Shown here piece by piece: positions 38,654 through 51,000 of a DNA stretch of 64,000 bases (within the stretch, counting starts at the first letter, position 1; each line of letters opens with the position of its first letter). The position numbers and the translations under genes were made by a program. Source of the stretch: Sphagnum compactum (taxonomy: Eukaryota). The DNA lies in assembly GCA_965153455.1 (NCBI GenBank), contig OZ234494.1, positions 12,276,001-12,340,000 of the forward strand, in the 5' to 3' direction. The notes under the pieces were generated by a model that was not told where the DNA came from, made no database searches, and worked only from the letters and a program-made list of their open reading frames with translations.

Positions 38654-41600
38654 ATGATGGAGATGGAGGAGGGGCCGGATGATGGTGGCGCTGGAGTTCC
38701 TCTTGCTCCTCCTCCTCAGTTAAAAATTGAGAGCAAAACGGAACAAGGGGGTGGAGGATCGGGCTGGGGGGTTTGGGGAGGCTGGCGGACATCCGCTTTC
38801 TCTGTTCTCTCTGAACTGCAGAAAGCGGCCACGGAAGCGGCAGAAGAAATCTCCAAGAATGTGAGTGTTTGTTGTAGTTTTTTTTTTTTCTGGTGGTTTT
38901 TTGTTTGCTGTTTCTTTTGAATCGCACTTTCTCCTCCCCTCGCCTCTGGTGTTCCGTGTCACAGTCTTAGGTCAGGATGAAGGTGGCTAGAGTGTTGTTG
39001 TTTTTGTGATCGTTTGTTGAGTGATCTGCTTTCCGGATCCGCTCTCGATCCGTGTCAGTTAGCACAGAACGTGAAGACTTGTACTGTGTACGATGATAGC
39101 AGATCGGTGTGACATATTGAAAAGTGTTGATGCAAGATTGCAAGAATCTGATTTGGAGTTTTAAGGGGGGCGGGAGAGGGGGGAGAAAAGCTATTCATTT
39201 TATGTTCAAAAGCTAGGTTGATGTGGTGACGAATTCTCTCAGAAGCACTCACTGTGATCTTTGTTGGCTGCTGTCTTCTAGTTGCATAGAGTTTGAGAGA
39301 GAAGTCTAGAGAGTTTTGGTAGGGATAGAGAATTTCAAATCAGGGATGTATGCCTCTTAAGAGATTGAGATCTGTATCATGACCTCATTAAGAAATGGCA
39401 AGGAACATCATCATCATGTGATGTATGACGCATTTACATGATATCTTGGTATGCTTTTTGTGACGAATTTCTGATGAGGGAATGAGTCTGGATATGAGCA
39501 GAGTTCAACCACAGTACAACTGTGAGGACTTATTGTCAAGCATTGATGATAAGTTTGTTGACCTAATAAGCACGTGGATCTGGCATTCACTGTGATTGTG
39601 AAAAAAACTGATGATTGAGAGATGATCATGAATTTCAGGCGGTGGCTGCTGCGAATGTTGCTGCCAAAGGAGTGTCAGATCTGCAAAGCAGTGTGGTGGA
39701 TGCTGTGCACACAGATGCAGGCCATGATGATGGTCCTAAGGAGGAGGTGAAGGAGGAAGTGACAGATACTTCTGAAGGTATTTCTCAGGAGGAATCTTTG
39801 CGGAGAGCTGCCTTGGAGAAGCTGGAGGGGGCAAGTGAAGACTCTTTCCTCGGACAGGTTCTCCACTATGTGGCTATCTTCTTGTCTGTAGCGTTTTTAT
39901 GAAAGTAGAACTTTTGTTGTTCTGTGAAGATTGCACCAGCTTACTGGTGATCTCTTTATTTTGGACATGCATGCAACATCATTCAGGCAGACAATCTTAC
40001 TGTACATTAGGTTAAACAGTGATCTGTCAACAATATCAAGATTTTGCTAAGTCTTTGGGAGAGATTATCAGGTCTCTTGAGAGTTTTGTGAATGTGAGTG
40101 ATGCAGGGTTTGAAGGTGTTGGATGACTCAGTGGAGAATTTGACCACTGGGGCATGGCAAGCGTTGGGCAATGCATGGAAAGGGAGCATCGATTTGGTGC
40201 ACAAGTAGGTCCTAGAACATTTGAGCTTTTGCTTTATTTGGTGTGGGTAGTGAGATCAAGAGGATTTTATGGCTAGCTCCCAAATCCCTGACCTGATTGT
40301 CAACTACATGTGCCAGTCCTAGGCTTCACCAGGAAGTGCCTGGTTGGGAGGAACTGAACTGAACAATCATTGCAGCCAGGAATAATTAACCCCGCGTGTG
40401 CACAGTAGGGGCAGTAGTAGGGGACCCATTTCACAAAGTTTGTAATCCACTTTGCCATTGGAACTGTGGTTGGGTGTTGGCTCCTGGATTTTCTTACAGG
40501 ATCCTTCACCATTTATGCCAAGATTTGACTCACAAGAGAGAAATGGTTTGTGGGTGCAGGCTGGAGAGCACTACACTACATCAGGGTGGGACTCTTGCTC
40601 CAAGTCTCATACAGGCATGAATGCACTTACCTGTGCTTAATTCTTGACCTTTACCATTCTCAGTTCAGACAGGTTCTCTGCTGCAGGAGATCAGTTAGGT
40701 CAGTGAACACTACCAACGATGATAAATGGTGACTTATCCACCAGGCTCTCCAGTTAGAGCCTTGTATCTCATGTGGCTGCTGTCTTTGTGTAGAAGGCCA
40801 GGCTTAATCAGATGCCTTGCTGGGATATATCTGCTTTCTTCTTGTATATGGTGCAGAACCAAGCTAGGTACTGGACAGTTTTTTGCTACGATGTGTCTTT
40901 TCTGAAATTTGCATTGGGTTTGTTTGAGGAGTGCAGAGCAGCAGAGAGCTGACTGCAAAGGGCATACGAGTTCTCGAGAAAGTGGGTAGGGAAACCTTGG
41001 ACATGTTGGCTGCTGAAACTGGCTTTGAACTTGAAAAGGATGAGGTCCACTCTGAGATGGAGGTGGCTGGTGATGGAGAGAGCTTTACAGAGGACGTTAC
41101 TTTTGACCGCTGTTTCTATGTCTATGGGGGACCAGAACATTTGGAGGTAACATCTGGCTCATTCATCTCTGTTTCACTTCACATAAAATCTTTTAGGTAC
41201 AAAAATGGCCAAAATAGGGTGTTGAGTAAATTCTATAAGACACATTATCATTCCCAATATCTGTCTCTTTTCTACCAGTGTCACATCTTTTAGTGCAATA
41301 TTGTTGAACTCTATTGTTGAACTCTTGGATCCAGTTTGTTATTGAATTAATTTGAGCTTGTTTCATTTCAGAATCTGTAAATTGGTGCAACTTTGTGGGC
41401 GGGCCCTAGCACCTTCATAGGTGCCTTGGTACTGTTAGAGATATGAGAACTGAGGCTGTCAACTCTGTTTGGGGTTGTGGCAATACAGGAACTGGAGGCA
41501 TTGTCAAACCACTACACTCTGTTGTGCAATCGAGCCAGAGGCAAATTGTCAGGCGAGCAAAGAGCAGAATTTGAGGCTCTCCTAAAGCAACTGCAACAAC

Positions 41601-43489
41601 TGTTTACCTTCAGTGGAGAGAGTGATGCAAGTTCTCCAGATGCTGGCAAGGGCAAGAAAGTAGCACAGGCCACCAACACTGGGAGTGAGATTAAAGCTCT
41701 TCGGGATTCAAGTGTCAGCAAAGCTGCTGAGATGGCCACTGGGTAAGTGTATCACTCTGAGAGTATAAAACGAATCATGATGAAGTATGTAATTCAACCA
41801 CCATTGGACTTAATCAATCATCCTACTGGATTAGAGCCACACAGCATGAATCTATGGTCACACACCTGGGCTTTGAAATCCAGCAAGGAGATACCCTTCT
41901 TGTGAAACAACTAGAGCTTAATGAAGCACAGTTGGAGCAGAAAGCATATTACTAGGCATAGTAATATGTGTATGGCCTGCAGTATCCTGACATCCTTGTG
42001 CTGAGATGGCAGTAAATGCTACTCAATTTCTCACTCTTATGAGCACTGTCATGTACATGTCTGCAGACTGTGAATGGCGAATTTCCAGTTCTTTGGAATT
42101 TGACTTGAATATGGAGTTGGATTTCACTTTTGGTAAATATCTGAGTTTTACCTTGTGACTTTCTTTTGCAGGTTTTCAGTGGCACTTGGTGGTCTGGCTG
42201 TGACAGAGGTTGTGCAGAAAACAACTGATCGACTCAATGCCATCAAGGCAGAAGGTGTTCATGTGAGTATTCATCTAAGTACTTCATGCATTTGTGAACT
42301 CTGTTGCTGTGTCATTGGCCTCATTCTGTTGGGTCTATAAACCTATCTGATGAGCCTAGACTTTGGCCTAGAGCTTTTTTGGGTATTTTCTCCTGCTGAT
42401 TTACCAGTCACACTCTGCAAAATACAGTTCGCAAAATTGTTGGTATTTGTCTTTCATATACTGAAGCTGAAGGTGTTGGTTTTAGCTCTTGAAGCCACAG
42501 ATCCCTCTTAGCTTCTCAAGAACAGGTGTGTTGTAAGTAGGCATACTTGTTGTTCCTAAATGCTTCTATATAAGCTGTCTGATGAGATGAGGCCTAGGAG
42601 AGACTGCAGAGGCTATCGGAGCTGTGTGCCCTGTGCATAGCACATTTACTTCAGCTGGGGAAATCAGTGTTGACAACAACTACGGAGGAGAGTGAGAAGA
42701 CGGAGGAGGGTCTTGATTGGCCCACTGATTGTATAGGAAAAGCCCACATTATCAGAGCCCAAACACAAGCCTTGACAGGTGACATTGAGGTCATTTCAGA
42801 GAGCTACATTACAGGCATGTCCCACATCTTATATGGCATAAAATAGCAGAGCTTTTCTCTCAAGAAATGTCTCACTTATTTGTCTTGAACTTGAAAGAGC
42901 TATGGAATTCATTTGCCAGAACTAAGCAATCTTACTATGAATGAATCATAGCAACACAGAGTGCAAAAATGGTGGAGGCGATCTGCCTTGAAAGTCATTT
43001 CCTGGACATGTGTCTGCTATTTGGCTTTGTTTAATCAATTGTAGCCACAATGGCTTGTTTGGCACTGTTGTTTAAACATGTTCTATGCATGTGATGAAAG
43101 ACTTTAGTGGTGTCTCAATTGCTGTACTGGTAGCAACTCATGGGTTTGGCATATATGATCTAGTTTTTGTCCTTGAGAAGACCCCTCTAATTGGCTTATC
43201 TCTGAGTTCACAGAATAATTATATGATTATACTAATTTTCTCTGGTTCTACAGGCATTGGAGATGTGATTGCTGCGTTTCAAGCAGCGATAAAGAGTGAG
43301 GAACTGACTGTGAAAGATGGGGAAGAGGAGGATGTGAAGCAGGGGCTGCTTCAGGAAGGCTCAATTGAAGACACAGCTCAAGCAGTGAATAGTGACTTGG
43401 AAGAAGTTGCAAGCATTGCAATTGAAAAAGTTCGTGATGGCCTGAAGTTCCTTCTCTTTGTTGTGCTCTCCACGTCTTTGAAAACATAA
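38654..43489 (+). CDS. FAM114/DUF719-like protein (Arabidopsis AT2G15860 'BAT2 domain'-like), ~524 aa
   Basis: Exons 38654-38860, 39639-39857, 40107-40204, 40560-40614, 40937-41146, 41489-41742, 42172-42262, 42610-42814, 43254-43489 (1575 nt in frame; GC donors after 40614 and 42814). Motifs GWGVWGGW..SAFSVLSELQKAA, KGIRVLEKVGRETLD and VTFDRCFYVYGGPEHLEELEALSNHY recalled from this plant family. Confidence 0.85.
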
Positions 43490-44499
43490 ATTGCTTGCAT
43501 TTATTTTCAAGGTTGCAAAACACATTGTTGTAATTTTCTTTGTGTTTCCTATCGTGTTGACTGTTACATTTATGTGAAGGGGATGTTGAGAGACTGACTG
43601 TAAGTAATGTAGGCCCTTTTGTTTGCGTCAGCTGGTTATGTACAGAACTCCTTGAAATGGTGTGTATAAATCTGCAACCTGATTCTTTCCGACACCCTGC
43701 AATTGTGTCAAAATTCAGATCTTTCTTCCCCAAGGTTTTGCATGAGAGATTTCTGAAACCCTGGCTGATGGTCCAAATCTGATTAAGAAGGTGCAGACCA
43801 TCATGCTAGAGTCCAGCTGAGTGAGTGCTATTAGAATGGTAGACTTGAGAATTTGGAACCAGTTGCTTGTATTTACTGCATCAATTTTTGTTCCTCCACC
43901 GACAGAAGTTATTTGGTTATCATATATCAGAGTTGAGGTTTCTGTACACAACGTAGGGTTTGGGTTTGTGTACTTGTTGGTGAGAAATGCAGTAGATTGA
44001 TTGCAACCTTTCTTTTGTTTGCCTTCAAACTTTGTGATGCAATTTTCTACCAGTTTTTTTTGCACCTAGCTGATTCACATCAATTGAGCTTTTTTCATTG
44101 GGTGCAGTTTCTTAGTGACAAGGGCCAAGAATTGAAGAAGGAATTGGACAAAACATGGAGGGTATGTTTTTTCCAAACTTTATACAAGTGGGAGTAGTGG
44201 AAAAGTGGGAAAATGCTTTGGAGTTTGGGATTTCTGTTGTACTGACTTAGAAATTTGGACGCTGGTGGACATTAGGGGAGGATGTAGTGGCTCTCTGCTT
44301 TAATGCCAAGAACCAAGAAGAAGGGATTTTATGGAATGAATGAATGAATGGCATTCTTTCTCTCTTGTTGATGATGCTCAAAAAGCCCCTACCCCACTCC
44401 CTTTCCAAAAGGGTATCTTAACATGTAGGCATCTTGCACCTACAAGAGCCCTCTTGTAGAGGTGTAAGGTGACGCTTGCTCCTTTTGCCACATGAGGTG

Positions 44500-45030
44500 G
44501 GAGGCCTTTTAGGGCCCTGGAAGGTTGACCCTAGAGGCATGAGGGGCCTAAGGGCCCTGGAAGCTGGGCCTGTGAGGCATGAGGGGCCTTGTGGGTTTTA
44601 AAATAAAAGAATTGGCATGATTCTTGTAAGGGCCCTTGAAGTTGGACCCGCGGTGAGGCATGAGGGGCCTTGTGGGTTTTAAAATAAAAGAATTGGCATG
44701 ATTCTTGTAAGGGCCCTTGAAGTTGGACCCGCGGTGAGGCATGAGGGGCCTTGTGGGTTTTAAAATAAAAGAATTGGCATGATTCTTGTAAGGGCCCTTG
44801 AAGTTGGACCCGCGGTGAGGCATGAGGGGCCTAAGGGCCCTGGAAGGTGGACCCACCCGTGAGGCATGAGGGGCCTTGTGGGTTTTAAAATGAAAGAATT
44901 GGCATGATTCTTGTAAGGGCCCTTGAAGTTGGACCCCCCCTGAGGCATGAGGGGGCCTTTACATGGTGCCAAAACGGCTGTAGGTTTTCAAAAAGAAAGA
45001 ATTGGCATGATTCTTGTAAGGGACCTTTGA
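44500..45030 (+). repeat. Composite minisatellite: 81-bp unit (3 identical copies plus variants) interleaved with ~40-bp short variants
   Basis: gaggcatgaggggccttgtgggttttaaaataaaagaattggcatgattcttgtaagggcccttgaagttggacccgcggt with an 81-bp period (44574, 44655, 44736, 44817). Confidence 0.92.
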
Positions 45031-45171
45031 CAACTGGCTTTGGCTAGTTTTACTCTTTGGTAATGCCTTAAGGCCGGGACGTTCCCCAAAATAACAGGCC
45101 GCCCTCCTGGCCCCTGCCAGGCTTGAGGCCGAGGTCCCTTATTAAGGGAAAGCCTGGGCCTGAGTGGGCAC

Positions 45172-45237
45172 ACTCTTGGCCAAGTAACTTGGTCAATCAA
45201 CTTGGCCAAGTAACCCGGTCAATCAACTTGGCCAGGT
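45172..45237 (+). repeat. 26-bp tandem repeat with palindromic CTTGGCCAAG core
   Basis: cttggccaagtaac(tt/cc)ggtcaatcaa x2.5. Confidence 0.8.
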
Positions 45238-45415
45238 TGTCTTGCCCGAATGAATCTCGGGGAATAAAGTTGGTTTTAAAAAAAAATAAAAAAAAATGCT
45301 GGAAAAAAAAAAGAAAAAAAAAGGAGAAAACTAATGACAAGTGGGTTTGTAGGCCTGTTTCTTCTTTGCTATAATACCATAGTACCACCTTGGCCATTTC
45401 AACACATTTCCATCC

Positions 45416-45446
<31 letters not shown>

Positions 45447-45744
45447 ATAAAACATTCATTTCAACAAATGAAATATTCTTCTAATATCCACTATTTTCCT
45501 TCACAATTTTATTTTTTTTTTGATTGGGAAGAACTGATTTTTTAAAAAAAAATTTCAACATTTCTGAAAATAATATAATTAGTGGTCTTCCAATTGGCCA
45601 AAGGTAGTACTAAGGTACTACTACTACTACTACTACTGCCACTAGTCCCATGTTCTTTTGCTCCTCTGCCCAGTCTGCAAAAAGTCCCACTGACCCAAAC
45701 ACACTTCTGACTGGGTAGATTGTCGACTCCTGATTGTCTTTTGT

Positions 45745-45825
45745 CATCCATCCATCCATCCATCCAACCATTCATTCATCCACCATCCAACCATTCATCC
45801 ATCCATCCATCCATCCATCCATCTG
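45745..45825 (+). repeat. (ATCC)n microsatellite
   Basis: catccatccatcc runs. Confidence 0.85.
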
Positions 45826-46554
45826 TGCATCCAATCTGTAGAAACCCACCCACAAACTACTCACTCACTCACTCAACCCAGTGAAACCTACTTTTACTTT
45901 CTTTACAATTCTGTTGCATTTTTTGTTCATACGTTTTTGCCTTCTTAATTCACCCTCTCATTAATCATCCCAGGTCATTTTTCATCCCCCCACCCTTCTC
46001 TAGCTCCTAATCTGCACCCAAAAGAAATTTTCCTACGAAAATCATCCAGATGCATCCATGGAGCTTAACCTAATGACCCATTCTTCTTCTTTCTCTCTTT
46101 TCTTTTCTTTTCTTCTCTTTTCTTTTCTTTTCTTTTCATTTCTTCCCCTCCACCCCCCCAAAGGACTAGGTAGTAGAAAACCAGACCACATCCAAATCCC
46201 TATAGGTTTTCCCCACATTTTGGATGAACATATTTCTGATTGATTGATTGACCACTTTCATTAGCATTTTAGCATCCAATCATCCAGCTGTTTTTTTTTT
46301 TTTTTTTTTTTGGGGGGGGGGTTGGGGTGGGGGGGGTGTGGTTGGGGGTTGTGTTCTCTATAGCCTACTTACTTATTACATGACAATGCACAAAAATAAT
46401 AGAATGAAATAAACAAAAGACCAAATGACCTAAAATAAAGGCTAAATTGGCTTTTTCTTCCATAAGTAAGTAGGCTAAGTACTTAGCCTAGTAGATCATG
46501 GAGCCCCCCCCCAAAACAAAAAAAAAAAAGAAAAAAAAAAGAAAAGAAAAAATT

Positions 46555-47075
46555 AAGAATGTGGGCTTTGGGAAAAAGTAGAAAATTTTAAGTGGTTTTT
46601 GGAAAAAATAAATGTAAGTGATTATTTGAATAAAGAGGTAATTAATTATATGTGAGTGGGTTTTGCAAAATAAATGCAAGTAAGTGGTCCTTGAAAAAAA
46701 AAAAGAAAAAAAAATGTGGTTGTTGAAAAATCAAATGTAAGTGGGGCTTGGAAAAAAAAAGAAGTAGACTAAGTGGGGTGTGTATGAAAAATTTAATGTA
46801 AAGTTGGCTTTGAAAAACAGATGTAAGTGGGCTTTGTAAGTGGGCAATTACAAGTGGGTCTTTGCAAAAGGAAAGAAGACGAAGTGGGCCACTTGGAAAC
46901 AACAAAAGAAAGACTAAGTGGGATTTTGAAAAAAACCAATGGAAGTGGGCGTGAACAAGAAAAACAGAAATTAAGTGGGCAATTGAGGACGAGACCAAAT
47001 TAAGTGGGCTTTGCGGAAGAGAACAAATTAAGTGGGCTTTGAGGAAGAGAACAACAGCAAGTGGAGCTTTGAGAG
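46555..47075 (+). repeat. Degenerate ~30-bp array of AAGTGGG(C/T)...AAAA units upstream of SEC16 (site-II-like TGGGCY)
   Basis: aagtgggc/aagtgggt/aagtgggg-type cores at ~46739, 46771, 46825, 46838, 46853, 46883, 46916, 46943, 46973, 47002, 47030, 47059. Confidence 0.75.
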
Positions 47076-47257
47076 AGGTGGGAGGGGAGAGAACAAAATG
47101 TGAAGAAGAAGGAGAGGGAAGGAATTGGCAGAAACAACAACAAACAATTTGTTGCTGTTGTTTGTTGTTGATCTGGCCTTGGCATCCAATGACCAAGTAG
47201 CACATCAACATTTCTTTACCTGCACATCAACATGCTCATCACCATCTCCTTCCATAT

Positions 47258-47535
47258 CGAGAGAGATGTAAGAGAGAGAGAGATGTATGAGAGAGAGAGA
47301 GAGAAACAGAGATGTATGTGTGTATTATGAGATGAAGTTCTTTAGGTTTTGTTTTTTGCCTATACAAGAAGAGAAAACTATTTTTGTGTCATAACCCTAA
47401 TCAGATTTTTGTGCAGGTACAAATCCCATCACACACACGGACACATAGAGAGAGAGAGAGACACACACACACATCACACACAGACAGAAAGAGAGAGAAA
47501 GATATATGAGAGAGAGAGAGAGAGACAGAGAGAGA
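47258..47535 (+). repeat. (GA)n/(CA)n microsatellites in the SEC16 5' region
   Basis: Several (ga)n and (ac)n runs; AACCCTAA at ~47393. Confidence 0.8.
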
Positions 47536-48097
47536 TGGAGGCAAGGGTGATTGATGGGAAGGAGAAGAAAGTTGGGTTTGTTTTCCTGCGTGAAAGTCTG
47601 ATGAATCCAATTTTTTTTTGTGTATGAAAAAGTCGGATGTGAAGTGCATACCTTTTTGGGTTGTTTTTTGTTTTGTTGTTGTCTGTTGAATCTCCTCTTC
47701 TTCTTGTTTGTTTGTTTGTTATTAGGTGTGAGGAATTTTGGTTGGAGTAGAGAAGAGAGAAAATAACCAACACCCAAACAGTTTTGGTTTTGGTTTTGTG
47801 GGGTAGTGGGAGCTATGGATCTGTGGGTTTGTGAGATAGAAACAAGCAGATGGTGAAGAAGAAGGAAGAGAAAGAAAGCAAGTACGAAAGGAAGGAAGGG
47901 AGAGGGATTGGGGGGTGATGGAGATGGAGAAGGAATTTTGCATTTGGTGGTGTTTGTGGGTGGGATGATAGTAGCTCCGGGTTTTGTTTGTTGGGGATTG
48001 CAAGCTTGGAGAAAGGACAGGAGCTGGACAGGATTTCAGAAGAAGAAGCAGAAGCAAAGAAGAAGCTGATGGGTTGTCGTTGAGATGCTTGTCAGTG

Positions 48098-51000
48098 ATG
48101 GGGTTGGAGACAGAAGTAGAGGTGGTCGGCACCATGAGATCAGCAGCAGAAGATGAAGAAGAAGCAGATCCGATGATGCTACCTCTGACTGAAGCTTGTG
48201 AAGCTCTTGATCTGGATGCTGTGGCTGGAGTTGTTGTGCCCGAGAGCAATGGGCACTTGACAGAAGATGAAGAAGAAGAAGAAGCATCTGCAGTGGATGG
48301 TGGTGGTGGTCTGGAAGATGGAGTAGGGGGAGCGTTAGGCAAGCAGCAACTTCCGGTGGTATCATCATCATCTCAAGGGATGATGGGGCAAGAAGGATCT
48401 CTGGTGCACACCAAGAATTGGAGTGATTTCAACTCTGTTGGGTCATTCTCGGATTTTCTCACGGAGTTTGTAGTGGAGCCTGATCTGCTGGAGCCTGAGA
48501 AACAACAGCTCAAAGAAGAAGGATCTCTTCTGCACCAGCACCACCACCCACAAGAGATTTCTGACGTTGACTTCTTTGAATGGCACACGGATCCGCCACA
48601 GCAAGCTGCTGGTGGTGCTGAGTTTGTAGGACTCAGTGGAACTGAAACACGTGGAGATGCAGGAGGAATGGGTATTGCTGGGATCGGTGTGCAGCAGGAG
48701 TTCCCTCAACTGGGAGTAGTAGTTGCAGCTCCACAGAAGCTTGAGCCTTGGAATTCAATGGCAGGAGAAGAAGAGGAGGCACGGCAACAATCTGTTGCCA
48801 TTGCGACAATGGCCCAGGAGAAGGAGGGACAGCAATCTCAGCTGTTTGAAGTAGGAGCAGCAGAACAACCAGATGTAGGTTCACAGCATGCAGATTATGT
48901 GGAACAGCATGTGGGTTATGTGGAACAGCATGCGGACCATGTGCAACAACATGGAGCTTTAGGTCTGGAGGATCGACAGCAAACTGCACCAGCAGAAGAA
49001 GCATCAGGGATTGAGAATTCGTACCCAGGGTGGTACTATGATTACCAGGTGTGTGAGTGGCGACAGGTTGGAGGAGGAGTTGAGGCTGCTGACACTGCTG
49101 GAATCACCATGCAGGAGAACTATGCATTCCAGAATGGTGAACCAGATCCCTCAAGCTTTGCTATCAGTAAGAACAACGAGGTGGAGCAGGTTGGGGAAGA
49201 TGGATGGGCATCAACCACAGGAACAGCACAAGCTGCTATTGAGCAGCAATATCCTGGTTGGAGCTGGGACTACCAGGCCCAAATGTGGGTCCAAGTGCCT
49301 TCTGAGCCTTGGCTGAATAGCAGTGCTCCAGCAGCACAACAACAACAGTACGGTGGGCAGGAAACTTTCTATGAGCAACAAGCTTCCTGGCAGCAGCAGT
49401 CTCAATCCTTTTATCCACAACAAGAGCTCTTGCAACAGCAACCTCAGCAACTTCAGCAATCTCAACAACCTCAGCAACTTCAGCAACTTCAGCAATCTCA
49501 ACAACCTCAGCAACCTCAGCAACTTAAGCAATCTCAACAACCTCAGCAACCTCTGCAAGCTCAGCAATTTCAGCAAGCTCAGCAATCTTTCTATGAGCAA
49601 CAGGACAACTCGAAGCAACAGTTTCAATCTTACAATGTTGGGTATGCACCAAGTGTCAGCAATGCACAGCAGATCTATGCCAACGAGCCAAAGCAATGGC
49701 AGACTGAGCAGCAATTCATGAACCCGGTGTCATTTCCCCAGATGAATGGGGGTCAGAGCTGGGGTGTGCAATCTGCAGATGGGTACCAAGGGCCACCAGT
49801 TATGACACAGATGCACCCATCAGAGATGAATTACAACTACACCAGCAGTTCTCACACATCAAACTATGTTCAACAGCAGCCATGGAGCAACAGTAATAAT
49901 AATAATAATAATAATGCATATCATCATCATCATCAGTATGTCCAACACCCTTTGCAATTGTCGTCTTCTCCCCCCAGAAGTGTGTATGAGGCCATGCAGA
50001 CATCTGTTGGTAGACCTCCGCATTCCCTTGCATGTTTTGGATTTGGTGGCAAGCTCATGACAATGAAGCTCAAGGACCCTGTGACACTCCACACAAGCAA
50101 TGGTGATCAGGTACTGAATTCCGGGGTACTTGTTGTTTGAGTGTATAGCTCTCTCTCGGGCTGGTCATCAATTTGTGGAAAAACAATCAGGAAACTAACA
50201 TGGTGTGGCACTGGTCTTGGCTATGGAGGACAGGCAATTGTAAGTGGGCAAGCCTGGACACCAGGGCCAGTGCAGCTTCAAACCCTAAATGTCTGCACAG
50301 GGTTGTCAAACAACCGGTCGGGCCCATTGATGGGAGGTGCAATGAGCACCAAGGAGTTGTATAAGTGGATTGATGACTGCATCTCCTCCTGCTTGCCACA
50401 AGATTCTTTGCGGCTGCTATGGGGCTTGCTTAAGGTAGCATGTCAGCATTATGGCAAGTTAAGGTCTCTCATGGTTTCGTCTGGAATCTCCTCCAAGGTA
50501 ACAACAATTGACTAGCTCCTTTCTTTACACCCTTGTTCAGCTAAGCAGAAGTGCAGGTTTCATGCTTGTGAAGCTAATGCCAGTGAGCTTTGGCACTACA
50601 ACAGGAGGAAGATGGACCAGAGGCAGCATTGGCCAAGCTGTTGGCTGCTGCATCAGGAGCAAATGAGAGTGCATGGACAATGGGTACATCTGCACACTCT
50701 CAATCTCTACAGCTCCTGCCTTCAGAACAACAGTTGCAGGTAAAAAAAGATGACTCATGCTTGGCTGCAGCTCAGGATGTTAGTTACTCTAAAGTTTCTG
50801 TTTGTGTCCTCTTGTTTACAAACATGGGTGCGCTTGTAGCAATCTTGTGCTTGTAGCCCATCTGAAAGCTTATGTGATGTGATTTGTGTGTCTTGCTTGG
50901 TGTCAAGTGCTATTTTATTCTTCTGTGATGTTTTTTGTATGTGGACTCCTTCAAGTGAGAAAGAAAGCAATGGGTTGCTGGGTTGAAAACAGATCACGGC

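Noticed and set aside
44548-44972. ORFs with a 27-aa repeat, and a CRISPR-like look of the array
   Set aside because: Units are identical with no unique spacers and no cas genes; the ORFs arise from the 81-bp tandem repeat.
46642-47211. 189-aa - strand ORF
   Set aside because: Product of the AAGTGGG repeat array; biased F/L/S/P composition and no splice support.
47722-49714. Several - strand ORFs (Ser/Pro- or Leu-rich)
   Set aside because: Antisense to the low-complexity first exon of SEC16.
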